Part shown: positions 25,854 to 38,385 of the stretch, one piece after another | How the letters are laid out: the number at the start of each line of letters is the position of its first letter | Position numbering within the stretch: position 1 is the stretch's first letter | DNA from: Phoronis australis | Taxonomy: Eukaryota; Animalia; Phoronida | Direction: 5' to 3' | Assembly (NCBI GenBank): GCA_002633005.1 | Contig: NMRA01000122.1 | Location: forward strand, 562,182-626,181 | DNA: 64,000 bases | The notes under the pieces: generated by a model | The model's input: the letters and a program-made list of their open reading frames with translations, nothing else | Databases searched by the model: none | Told to the model about the DNA's origin: nothing | Position numbers and translations under genes: made by a program

Positions 25854-28782
25854 CCTAGAGGTAGAGACATTTTTGCATCCACAGCTGTATCTCCTAAACC
25901 CCGTGCAGGATATTAGTGAAATATGACACAAGTGCATTCCTATGAATGTGACAATTTAAAGATGACAAGGTCTTTCAGACCAATCTGACTACTGCAGTTC
26001 TATTTTTTACATTGACCTCTGTATTCTTTTTGTGAAATGTGACAAATAGGTTTCCATTTGGGAGATGGCAAGATCTTCCCATTTCTAAATTGGTTTGACA
26101 GATTCTGTATCACATGGTGGCCATTTTTGTTAGTAACAAACACCTTGAGAAGTTTATTGTTACTAAGTCGTGGGTGCATTTCAATGCATTGTGTTGCTCT
26201 TATTTTTTGCCTCTGGTTTTAGGCATTTGCCTCTCTATAAGTCAAACCATTTTCAAGATCATAATGTTTCTTCTGAGATGTGCAGAACTTACGACTATTG
26301 TGATGCCTTCTAAATCCTTGATGGATGTTCATGACATTTATTGAAGAGAGCACAACTGTCGTGCATTCTGGGACAAATTCGACTACTGCTGCGTCCTCTA
26401 ATGACAATTTTGTTTTTCTTTACGTCTGTCTTGATATCTATTCATTATCTAAATTTCTTAAGGCGGAACCTCCAACTGAGCTCCCCCATCACAAAATTAC
26501 AGCTACAGCAGCCTGTTCCGGCCACCATTGGAGCATACGTCTATCCATATGGTCACTTCTCAATCATAAGGACATCTCCAAATTTGAGATCGTCCAGGGC
26601 CGCAAGATGTGACCACCTAATATCAAATACGGGACAAAACTGTCCTACCTAAGCTGGACATCTCTTGCTTTACAAGATTGTTGAGGTATACAAAGGCTGC
26701 TATATCGCCCGTGCCCAGCTCACTCTCATAGCAGGAACCAGGATCCTTTCTTCAATCATCATTCCAATACTGGCTAGCACAGATTCTCCTACCTCACACA
26801 ATTAGTCATTAGAATCAACTCACCACAACCTCCGCCCCTTCCATTGCATCATGTTGGACTGGCGTCTGTAACTTGCATGTTGTTTAGTCCCCGTCCACTT
26901 TTATCCATTTGTTCTGTTTTCTCGTTACTTCTGTTTTGCTTTTGTTATTATTTATTATACCTCATATTTTTCTTTCGTACATTCCCCTTTCCAACTACTA
27001 ACTTGACCAGCCCTTGTTTACAGTTTTGACCTCTGTAGCACCCCCTGGTGGCTTTTTTATCATTTTTGTGTCTGTTTTTTGTGTGCCCGCCTGCCTATCC
27101 TCCAAATTGCTACAAGACGTGATGAAAGGTGACAGGTGTGCTCCTGTCATCATTTCTCAATTCAGGGGCAAACTATTATGAAACAAAGCAGTACTTGAAA
27201 GTCTGCAGGCATCTTGGTCATTGAGCGCAGGTATCAGGACTGAAGCAGCTTACCTGGACATTTTCGCTCACAGCAACATGCTTTCAATTTGAGCAAGTGT
27301 GATAATTTTCAATAATGTCATTTTTAATGAACGTGAAATATGCCAAATTGGCCAAAAAGATAACATTCACCTTCAAGTACTATGAAAGAGTTGTGCAATC
27401 TTCCTATTGCATATTGTAGTACATTATAATCTCCATATATTATGCTAGCCTACAATACTTTAATTAACTGTACAGTACTTAAGAGAAACAACTCTTTCTA
27501 AAGGTCATATCGATTGTTACAATTTTGCCTTTTAGGAATCTCCTCACTGTATCAATGACAGCAGTTAGAAGGCAATATTGTGTGGTGATAAGAGTGGCGC
27601 CATTACTCAGGATTTTGAAGTGTAATTTACTTGCCTGTTATTTGTTATGTTATTCGACTTTACAATCTGTTTTGAATTGTTTGGAATGTGTTACTTGTCA
27701 ATTATGTTTTGCTTTGATGTGATTTTACAGCTTTTTAAAAATTGTGCTTATTGCAAATAAAAAATTCCTGACTGAGAGTGGTTTCAGTTTTTTCCTCAAC
27801 GTTCATCACAAAATGCATAGTTAAATTGACTTTAACCCTGCCTTCCGTAACAAAAACTAAATTTTGATTTAAACCATTCACCATTATCAAGTCAATCTAA
27901 AATTGCAACTTAATCAAATAAAGACTTGTAAAGAAGAGTTTGTTACAGGTAGGGACCACCTTCTACCAAGTCATTTTATGCATAAATTATGGTTTAAGCG
28001 AGAAATATGGCATTTTCCAAGCCCCAAAGACAGTTTTCGTCAGAGTTAGTTACACTTTGAGATAAGTTTTTAAGGCTGTGTGTGGTGTAGGTTAAGTTAA
28101 TGTATTTGATGGAACGCGGGTTAATATTGCAGCTTGGAAATAAATAATGGGATATAAGACAATAACCAATACAAAAAATTAATGCATTTACAATCATTTG
28201 CATATTATTCTACCAGATCTTTGCTCATACAGACAAACTAATAAAAATGAGAAATTTAAATTCATTATTTATCGAGTCATCAACTTTGCAGTTCTAAGTT
28301 TGAATTGTTCTTGTGTTTCAATTTGGTATTAATAGAATACCATACTTCTGCAAAAGTCTTAAAAACACAAGTGAAATTTCAGGATACATGTATTCACTAT
28401 GAGTATGGCACTTGAATAAATTAATTTCTAAACGTTGAAACAATACATAACCACCAGAACAGTGGTGCACTAAAAAATCTGAGTATTTCGCAACTTTGAT
28501 GTCATTATTATGTTTCAGTCCACAGTCATGATTCATAGATACGGTGCTGGAAATCGAGGCCAGCTGCGGTTACTCATAGCAAAACCCATGACAACCATGC
28601 TCTTATCAGTGCCAAACCACATAACGCAAAATACTGGTAAATTACAGAGCAATATTCATGCAACTTGTTATCCATACTTATCACACAGCAAGCATTGGAA
28701 TGCCGTAAATTATTGTTGGGTTGCACTTTGCTTATCTGTACAGGGTACTTTGAAATGAATACTACACATCATTAGTCACTAT

Positions 28783-29009
28783 CAGGGCTTGGAATCTTCC
28801 TCTTTTAAGGGGATTTGCTCCTTTTGGGTTTCAATTTCCTCTTATTTGATTTCCAGTTTCCTCTTTTTGCATCTCTTCATCATTATTTTGACTTTGTTTC
28901 AGTTAAATTTTACAACACAAAAATATTTCTATCACACAAGACTTTTTTGGAACTATACATCACCGGGAAAATTTTCCTCTTTTTTGGTCATTGACCATTC
29001 CAAGCCCTG
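28783..29009. mobile_element. Shorter, inverted member of the hAT-like MITE family at 3093-3603
   Basis: Same 13-bp TIRs. Its right end is the reverse complement of the left end of the 3093 copy. Flanks CACTAT/CACATT. Confidence 0.75.
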
Positions 29010-29762
29010 CACATTGTATTACTGGATAATATAATTACAGAGCTAGTCCAGTATGCGCATACTGCCTTTTCGCGCTACTCTGGACCCAAATTTTTGGAAG
29101 TAAAATGCGTGATGCACCATAGCTCAAGCAATTTTAAACCACAGTGAGTGATGGTAGCTTCTCCATAGCCTATGCATACCACAGCAACAGTGTACTGAGG
29201 GTGTAGCATCACCCTCATCATCGCACAATCATCAGTGACAAATATCAACAAAATTCTGTGTATCTGATTAAGTGGATGTCTTGAGAGCAGCTATAGTCGT
29301 TTTCAATCCAAAGCCTTACGGTTTTGCTTTGCTTTTTGAACGATGATAAATTAGGAGAGACCACAGCTCACTGTGGTCGGTACAAAGACAGAGTGACTTG
29401 CCACCAAGACAAATCTGGCTACTGTTTCACAAGGTAGCAACCATTCAACCTGAGTACCGCTTCTGAAAGTGTTTGGACCACAACATGGGAGAGTTGAATT
29501 CATTATTTTGCTGAATATTAAGTCAAAATCCTATTTGAAGAGTAAAATCTCAGCAATATGGTTAGAAAGGAAGCACTAGTGGTTTGCCATTTTCAAGTTC
29601 TGAAGTTACTATCAGGCAAGATTGTGAGCATTAACTATAAGAAAAATTGACCTCAATTCTGGAAATTTATTTTCCAAAATTCGTGAGGTTTTACTGTTAT
29701 CTCACTATTAGTGGTGCACGGAACGTGCCCAGGTTCCTTCCTCGGACACATTTCCTTTTCCA

Positions 29763-32700
29763 TTATGTGGAAAAATGATCTATTTCATCTGTGGAATTGT
29801 TCATCTTTTCACCAGCATCGTCTGATTTCCAGTATTCGTAGAACAGATCATTAACCCATCGTATAACATCTGCAGACAAGTCCTCACTGTCCAGAGTCAT
29901 GTGACTCCACAGTGCAGCCTCCAACTATAAACATAAAGCAAATCAGTTAACACGAGAACTGAAACAAGAGTTTACATATAGGCAGACCTAGCATACTATG
30001 ACAGGGGTAATTTTCAATTCAAACAACAGATGCCATAAGATTTTGCTCTTTGTTGACACACCAGGTGATGGGATAGACCCCTTCTACACTCAGATCAGTG
30101 CATAAAGTGTAAAAAGATTTTCATTCGCTTGAAAGCTGTAATTACACAATCTTACCTTCCAAGGAAACCTAAATGTTAGTAAATAGGCATTCTATGCTTC
30201 AAACATAAAATTTACAAACCTTTTTCTGGCATTGTCCACTAAAGTCTTGGGCTTATAGGCTTCTGGTAAAAGTAAATACAATCTCCAACCAAAATACATA
30301 ATCTCCAACCAAAATACATAATCTCCAACCAATATTTGCTTCCCCACCCTGCCTTAACAATGTAATGAAATGATTCAAGCTGATTACAGAACAAATCTAC
30401 ATCATAAACAAGATTAAGCAGAATGTGCATTAGACACTAGTTTACCTTTTCAATAAACCTGGTGTCTGTGCCCACAATAGGTGTGAACATGTCTACCCTG
30501 TTGTTACTGGACGACATCTCCTTGACAAGTGTAGACAGCTGGTTCAGTGACTGATCCTTTGTTGTTGATAGACTGGGCTGAACTTCATAGGGAAACTGAT
30601 AAGGCACTTCTGCAAGTAACATATTTTTAATTTAACCTAGATGTAACTTGGAGGTAGCAAAACAGACTGTTCAAATTAAGCTTTTTTTCAGAAAAAGCTA
30701 AGCTAGCGAGGCTAATAAACGTTATCGATGAATGTCAGTTTGCACTCAGGTAGCTACAGGTTGATACTGCCCAGAATAAAGTTTTCAGACAAAATCTGTG
30801 CCTCAGTTCAGAATTTTTCCTGTAGGCAAACACCAATCTTGAGGGAGAATGCTTACTTATTCCAGTGTCAGAGTCAGGCACCACAGTGAGACAGCGAATA
30901 TCAGATGTTGCACAGTACGTTGTGGTCCTGTAGGGGTTGACGATTATACCCACGAAGTGTTGGCCTCCTTTACTGAACCACGTCTGTGGTAAAGATAGCA
31001 AAAGTAATTAACAAAAGTAATGATTAATTATTATTATGCAAATTAATGTTGGATAGTTAACATACTACTGCTCATATCTGGCACACGACAAATATAAACA
31101 CGCATTAAGTGTCCACACTTGATTCGACTGCACAAAAGTTTTTAAATCTTCTGAAAACTTTTAGTGCATAATTAAGTGACACTTGCTATAGTGTTAACAA
31201 CAGAAGGTCAGTTTGTGTAGACCTGAAAGACACGTTCCAAGAAACTGACTTACCGGTAAGTTCATTTTTGACTTACATCTAAGATTTGTCTCAAATTTCG
31301 AGCTTTGAAACTTCTACATCTGGTGAGATATAAAATTAAGACAAAACTTAACAAAAAACCTTAAGTCGAACATAATATCTCTGTTTTGAAATAATCTTGA
31401 GACAGATTTAAGTCTTATCTTAAATTGACTGAAAGTTAAGATCTGTGTTAACTAAGTCAGTTTTCTTGGAACAGGGCCCAGCTTGACAAGTCACATTACA
31501 ATCTTATGAATGAAACAATAATCAAGTGGATTTCAAGATTGGTGACCACTTTATGTCATCCCTGGCTGTATAGTAAGTTATTAAGTGAGTGCTGAGTTAC
31601 GCCATTCACCTGGAACTCCTGTTGCGTTTCAATATCCCTGAGTGATGGGTTGGGTTCAAAGGTTGGATGGGAGTGGTACCAGCCAACAACCCTCATACCT
31701 GATTGGACAATAGCTTCACTGGCCAGAGTCTGAGACACTAGAACAAAAATGAAGCATGGTTACATAAAATGTTTTAACATGGGAAAACAGCCTGCTATAC
31801 TGCTCAAAGATAAATGGCAATGATTTCTTTGTTTCATATCTGCTGAATTTACCTGAACGCATATAATAACGCTATTCTCTTACTCATGACGTTTTTGAAT
31901 TTTTACTAAAAGCAAAATCATAACAACTTCTCAAGTACATTATATTAAAAAGTCGAGTTACTAAAAGTACAAGAACATAATCTGTGAACAGCCAATAATT
32001 GTAAGTGAAAATACAGCTAATTTTGTTAGCTGTTTTACAATCAAATTTCTTTGCCAGTTATGGGACTATCCGGTTATATCTTTAAAAGACATGTAAATCA
32101 ATTAGTCACTCAGTTTTGCGAAACTATTTTACAGATCCTTACCTGGATCCATCTCACATTGCATACCAGTGCTTAAACTATGACATGGTTCAGCCCTCAG
32201 CACCTGTAGCACATTATCACAGAACACGCCTCCTAGGAGACCAATAACTTCAGCCTTAGACACGTGCGCATGCACCTCCATCAGAACAAGCGTTGATGAT
32301 GTAATATGAACATGAAATGGAGCAGAGACATCTGCAGTAAACGAACGACATGGAATCAACTGAAATGGGTCCGTATCACCATTGGCTGCTCTACATTGAG
32401 GATTTTTTAATTTATCCCATCTTGACTTTTTTGGTTTCACTTTTGTAACCTCCAGAGTGTTTTCCGCATGGTCGATAGTTTTTCCTTCTAATTCAGACTC
32501 GGGAATCCATTGCCCAAATTTGTCCTTAACCCTTCTCTTGCGAGGTCGCATTGTCTCTAACCTTTCAAAGTGAAGTACCTGAGAGTTCACAACAGCTCTG
32601 TCATGGCGACTGCTATTAGAAAACATTCTGGGATATCTAAAATAGTTGGCTTGTTCACAACCAAAGTTTATTGCACCTTTCTGCTCCAGGTATGTATGAA

Positions 32701-35700
32701 TACGCCCAAAGCAGTTCACATCCCCACAGTTCTTCAAGCCTGACCGCACAACTGTTTTATACACATACCCAGGCTTGCTCTTTTCCCATGCGTCAAGAAT
32801 GTAATTCCTAATTTTCAGGTACCGCTCCTGTGTCTTCCCAGAGCGCCCATCAAAAAATTCAAAATGAATTTCCCTTTCTTCCTCTGTAACGTGATTGCGA
32901 TCAAAGACGACGGGCTTCACTGGGGCTGTCATGGGAACAAACTCCCCACGCGAATTCAGAACACCGCATTGTGGTCCAGTAATAGATGATTGACTGCTAC
33001 ACTCTGACAGCTGACTATCACTGTCTCCATCAATGGACTGTGACCTGCTACGTTGATACTCTCCTTGAGTCTGAAGCAGAGACTCGCACATTTTTCCTTC
33101 ACTGTCTGTGCGACACAACTGAACTTTAATACTATCATTTGTAGAAGCGCTACACAGTTTTTGTTCATCATGCAACTCTTTCGATGAAGGTGCTAGAGAA
33201 ATTGAAGCTTCTTCTATTAACTTCTTATATATTTCTGTGGCAGAAGATTTACACTTGGCCATGAATTCATTTTCAGATTCACTGTCTATGTCAATGTCTA
33301 CGTCGGATTCCTCAGATTCTGTGGCCTTTTCAAATGCCAAGCCACTTCCATCACAAACGTCTTTCTCCTCTCCAACAACACAATAGTTTACTTCCTTGTC
33401 TGGGTGTTGGTTAGGCCCAATTAATTCGCCATTTTTCTCAGATATGCAATTACTGCTAATACTAGCCACATTATTTTCCATATTCTCATTGCAAGTCACA
33501 ACAACGCCATCATTTCCACTCCCATCACAAACAGTTTCATTCAGTATCGCGTCACTTGAACCATCACTATTGTCATGTTGCAATTCATGACCACCGTCAA
33601 TTTCCACATTGTTGCCAACTACAATATCCGTCCCCCCTGACATTAACAAGTCACTGTCCGAAATAACTACATTATACTTGTCATCATCAAAGGTTAATGT
33701 GGTGGACAGATTTTCCTTTGGCACAAAACAACCATTCTGTATAGTGTAGTGGGTCATTTCAGACTGTTTTGATTTCAGTTTAACATGTTCAACAAAATCT
33801 TGGATTGCAGGATTCAACCTGGAAATTCCCCCTCCGCTGTCACTATCTTTTAGAGACTGCAGTCCGTCCGAAATGGGCTCAGAGTTAACAGTACAATCGT
33901 TGGCAAAATGAAAATTCTGCACACTACACCCTCCCACACTTTCATCAGCCATTGCAACCTCATGCGTACCATCTATACTCAACTCTTCACCTCCCCCTTT
34001 CCGTCTAATGTCTGAGATTACGTTTACTATACTTTGCCGTGTGTCCAAACTCATGTAGCTGGGTCCAGGCAAATTGTCGCATTCTATAGAATGACTTATC
34101 CTTCCCTCACAATCCATATCAGTCGGCAGGTTTTGGTCCACTCTTCTATCAGCAGTTGCCTGACTGGGATATTCCGAGGACATAGCTGCTAAAATTTTCT
34201 CAATGGACTGGAAGGCTTCTGGAGGGTGTTGACACTTGAGAGAGTCCATAATGGACTTTCTTGATGAAGCTGAGCTGAGCGAGCTCGACACTTGCCTTCT
34301 CTGAAACACAACAATTAGGTTATAAAACAAATTAAAATAAAAAAATGAAAGAGTCAAAACAGATTCAACATAAAATAAAATTTCAAATTGGAGTAATAAG
34401 TTAAATTAAAAAATCCTTTAAAGTCTTTTGTTAAAGTGTTCGAGGTCCATCTCTGTAAAATTATCAAATTTTTATAATGCAACCCATAACATGATCATAA
34501 AATGTGCCATCATTTGTGAAATAACGTAAAGTGCCTATAAACTTGTGTTCTGTCCAAGAAACGAACTTTTGATTTTTAAATTTTATATGGTGACTTAATA
34601 GTCACTTACCTATATAAATTGGTCTCAACTTGTTCCTTATTCAGATGAAAAGTGATTTCTTGTTTGCAAAGAACTGTCAGTCCATTAGTTGAGACTATAC
34701 TCGGCATATAAAACGGTCCGATGTGACAAGCAAACTTAGGGGCTGGTCTCAAGCAATAATGATCTGTCAATCCTTTCAAAGCTCACATATTTCCATTTTG
34801 ACTAAGGAACAAATAATTGTAATAATTTCATGATGGTAAATGGTCTAGATCATTTGTTTTCCTAGAGACTAAAATGACACGCCATGACAAGCCACCTCCC
34901 AGACCCTCGCCCCAAGCCCTGAAATCACCTCCTGTTTGACTAAGCAACAACTTCAGACCCATTTCATTATGAACTGTCAACACAAAAAGTTGGTTTTGTG
35001 ATGGAGCACAGACTTATACTCACTTCAAGACATCAGTCTTTGCCATGAAATAGTCCAGGCTTATTAATGCTTCCCATAAATGCACTTCTGAATGTGACAG
35101 GAAATTTGGAATATCAACAAAGCTTTATAGCAGGTGGAGCATATTGTTCACCTGCACTGTTCTATTTGAGCATACATACCTGTACCTTGAAGTACTGTTG
35201 GCCATAGTTCTTAACCTGTAGTGTTGTTCTGGTAGGAATCAGCTCGGCAATCTTCTTCCACTTTCTGCCATGGGTTTGCTGAGTATAAAACATTTACATC
35301 TAAACACACGGCACAAATATTGATTGGTAAAAAAATTAAGCTAACCAATGAAAAATCACCCTATACAATTATCTTTAAACACTGTATTACAGCAAACATT
35401 CTTGTGCCTGAAAACACAATGTCTCAATGTCTACACTGGATTACCACAAAGCAATTAACACCAAAAAGACTGGTTGGAATTAAGAGTCCTGTGACAAAAT
35501 ATTTTGAGTGACAGTCAGGCACATTGGTCATCAGGACAAGGTTGACATGTGCCCAAGACTTTTCAAACAAGTACATCTCCATCTCAAGTCCTGATGATAG
35601 CTGCAAGCCTATACCATTTATATATCAGAAGACTGGCCACAAAGAGTAAAATTTATTTCAGAGCGTCATGCGTCCACAGACATCACCCATCTGGGTGACT

Positions 35701-38153
35701 ACAACAACTGTCTAGTATGTCTGTGCGTCCGTGTTCATGAATATGATAGCTTCACGCATTGCAGAATAGTTGTGAATTTACCAAGGCTGCTTCAAACACA
35801 GATTTCTCCTCTTCACTCCATGGCTGGTTATGGGTAGATGGACGAGGACTTGATTTGGATTTGCTTGACGAGTGTATCTTGCTGGTGTTACCACGCCCAT
35901 TCATGTATTGTATAACAACGTTAAGGAGCAGCTTTCAAGGGTCAAATGGAAAAAGATACAGATGCCAGATTAAAGCAGCCTAGAACACTGCATTAAACCC
36001 CCAAAAATTGTATTCTAGTAACTGAATTGCATACATGACAAGACTGGCCTCAGACCAGAACAGAGCGATTTAAGTAGCTGCAAACTCTTATATTTTTCAT
36101 TTAGACCATTACTGATTTGTTACTTAGTCAAATTAAATATGATTTTTGGGCTCAGGAAGACCTGACACTTCATTATTACTTGAGACCAGGCTCTACGTGT
36201 TGGCTTGTCACTGGCAGTCATTTTGTGCATAGACCATGGTCTCAAGCAATAATAATAATGTCATTTTTTCAAGACCAGAATAGACTCCTCACCTGAGTTA
36301 CGAACAAGTCGAGATCACTTTTGTTTCGGTACGTGATCTAAATCAGTTTCTTAGCCAAAGGGCAGATTTATAACCACATCAAATTGAAAACAATTGCCAA
36401 TACACTTCAACTTACTATTCGTGAAACCCTTGGAAAGAAATTAAAGATGATTGTTGGAATGAGCTGCTACACAAGCCAACTGCACCTTAAGCTTTATTAC
36501 ACGCAAGTCTGCTCTGCACTTCCACAAAATTTGAGCTTCCATAAAGATGCGTCCATGAGAGTTTATTTTTTAAGTGAAGGAACGATGCTTTGTGAGTGTG
36601 ACAGCTGTGTTGTGCGCATAGCCTGAATACATCATCAGTAGTTTTAATATGTCATTGGCATGAGTGTTCAATTCCAAAAAAATCAGCAACTGAAAAGGAT
36701 ACTGCTCTTCCTGTAGCATTTTTTCAATGGTTGCCTTGCTCTTCTCATCCATTGCGGGATCGAGTGACCATCCCTGCTCCAATACCCAGGGGTGGTGCAC
36801 ATACTCAGGCTGGAGGTTTGCACTCTTTGACGGCAACTCATTAGTGTCATAAACGCCATCCCCCAGCTCTCCAGGACTTTAAGAAATATATAACATTATC
36901 ATTCCAAAATACATCAAGAAAATTCTGATGTTAGAGCTTGCCACAGTGCAATAGTTGAATTAAGTACTCCATGAATATGAAAATTGCACAATCAAATAAT
37001 TTCGTCTATATCTGTCAAATTTATGGAAAAAATACCACACTCAGTGACTTTACTATAGCTTTTGTAAATTCTAAATTAACAAAATGACAGTAACTGACAT
37101 CTTTCGAAATAAATTCATGGTTTTGCCATATTCTGCTTTATTCTTTGCAAGCATTCACCTGACTGGTTGGTAATATGGAATGAAGTAACAAAAGAATTCG
37201 GAACAACTCAAGTATTTTTGTAGCCTCAGATTTCCCCTTGGAGGTAAATGTTATCTACACATATGCGAACCTCAGTCGTATGGACAATCATTCAGCAATT
37301 TGAAACTCATATGTTTTACCACATAAATAAAGTTCGCTCATGCAAAGATAACATTCACCTCCATGGAGAAATATGAGGATACGAAAACTGTACAGGTGTT
37401 TCAGATAACAAAGGGGAAAGGTTTGGAATAATTTGTAAAACTTATTTTTTTAAATAGTACCCATGTCTCTAGCTCACATTAGGAATAAAGTCAATTAATG
37501 TACACGTGCCAGCAGCAGAATTTCTGCTAGAGGACCCTGATCTCTGCAAACCTGGTGAACATTGTGTTTCATTTTGAATTACAGCATCATTACAGAATTT
37601 CCACTGAAAACAGGGCTTCTCAATTTGACACTATTACATTACTGTCAATGGCCACATCTTGACTATTACCAATTTTTCCTAGCATATAATCAGAACAGAT
37701 GCAGATGTATACAGACGAATCGTTCCTTTGGTTTCACTTTTTCTGGCAGTCATTGCAAGCCTTTGACAGGTAGTGTTCTGGGTATTTGTCACTGCAGACA
37801 GCCGTTGCAGTGATATCCAGTGGTTGCCAGAAGCTAAATATGAGTTTTAATGTACCTCTAACTTGTATTAATTTTATGCACAGCAGCAGGTTCTCAAAAC
37901 AAACAATTTCGTAAGTTTCAGTTTTTCTGGCGTACCAAGCTTTTTTGTTTAGCAATTTCGTATTTGAGTCTCATTTGGGAGAGGTGAAATTCAGAGACTG
38001 GGACCAACTGAAACAAAAACAATAACAATAACTGACTAGAACTGGTGTCGCACAACTAAGTAGTAAAATTTTGCAGTTAATTCAGCTAAGAATGTACCCT
38101 AAATCAAACTTGAAATCGCCCTCAATGTCAATCACTTCGTCGTCTTGGTCCAT
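29763..38153 (-). CDS. MYSM1: Histone H2A deubiquitinase MYSM1 (SANT/Myb, SWIRM, MPN+/JAMM), ~1065 aa
   Basis: Exons 38098-38153, 36703-36876, 35782-35911, 35180-35278, 32143-34300, 31610-31737, 30857-30983, 30446-30609, 29763-29924 (3198 nt). SANT: PWSEEEK...[28 protein letters not shown]: [10 protein letters not shown]...[18 protein letters not shown]: EVIGLLGG...[21 protein letters not shown]. The exon 3 start assumes a GT-AT U12 intron. Confidence 0.95.
30280..30332. repeat. 20-bp tandem repeat, ~2.5 copies
   Basis: Unit ATCTCCAACCAAAATACATA. Confidence 0.8.
31228..31478. mobile_element. Palindromic MITE (PIF/Harbinger-like end GGGCCC)
   Basis: TIRs GTTCCAAGAAACTGACTTA / TAAGTCAGTTTTCTTGGAAC. 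A similar, more diverged element lies at ~48303-48592. Confidence 0.6.
35912..36702 (-). other. U12-type (minor spliceosome) intron in MYSM1
   Basis: 5' end GTATCCTTTT at 36702-36693 and a perfect branch site TCCTTAAC at 35927-35920, with no polypyrimidine tract or AG between the branch site and the exon. Confidence 0.9.
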
Positions 38154-38385
38154 TTCTTGTGTGACTACAAAATGACAAAGAGTGTTATATATCCGACGAC
38201 TAGTAGGAATTTTCAAGTGTGGTGTCGTATCTTTCTGAATAGTAGGACAAACTTTCAATTAACTTTAAAGTAACCAAAAATTATTTCCAGGCCAATGACA
38301 AACAAAATACACTGGCAAGTAAATTGTTAGAAATCTTGATCGGCGATTACTAGCGCCATCTAACGAGAAATCCGAAAACTACAAA
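38154..38385. promoter_or_regulatory. Compact bidirectional promoter MYSM1/ANAPC2
   Basis: The divergent ATGs are only 232 bp apart. YY1-like AAAATGGCGG overlaps the ANAPC2 ATG and GCGCCATCT lies at ~38353. Confidence 0.75.

Noticed and set aside
32129-34357. 742-aa ORF as a standalone gene
   Set aside because: It is MYSM1 exon 5 plus flanking intron, bounded by AG and GT sites.
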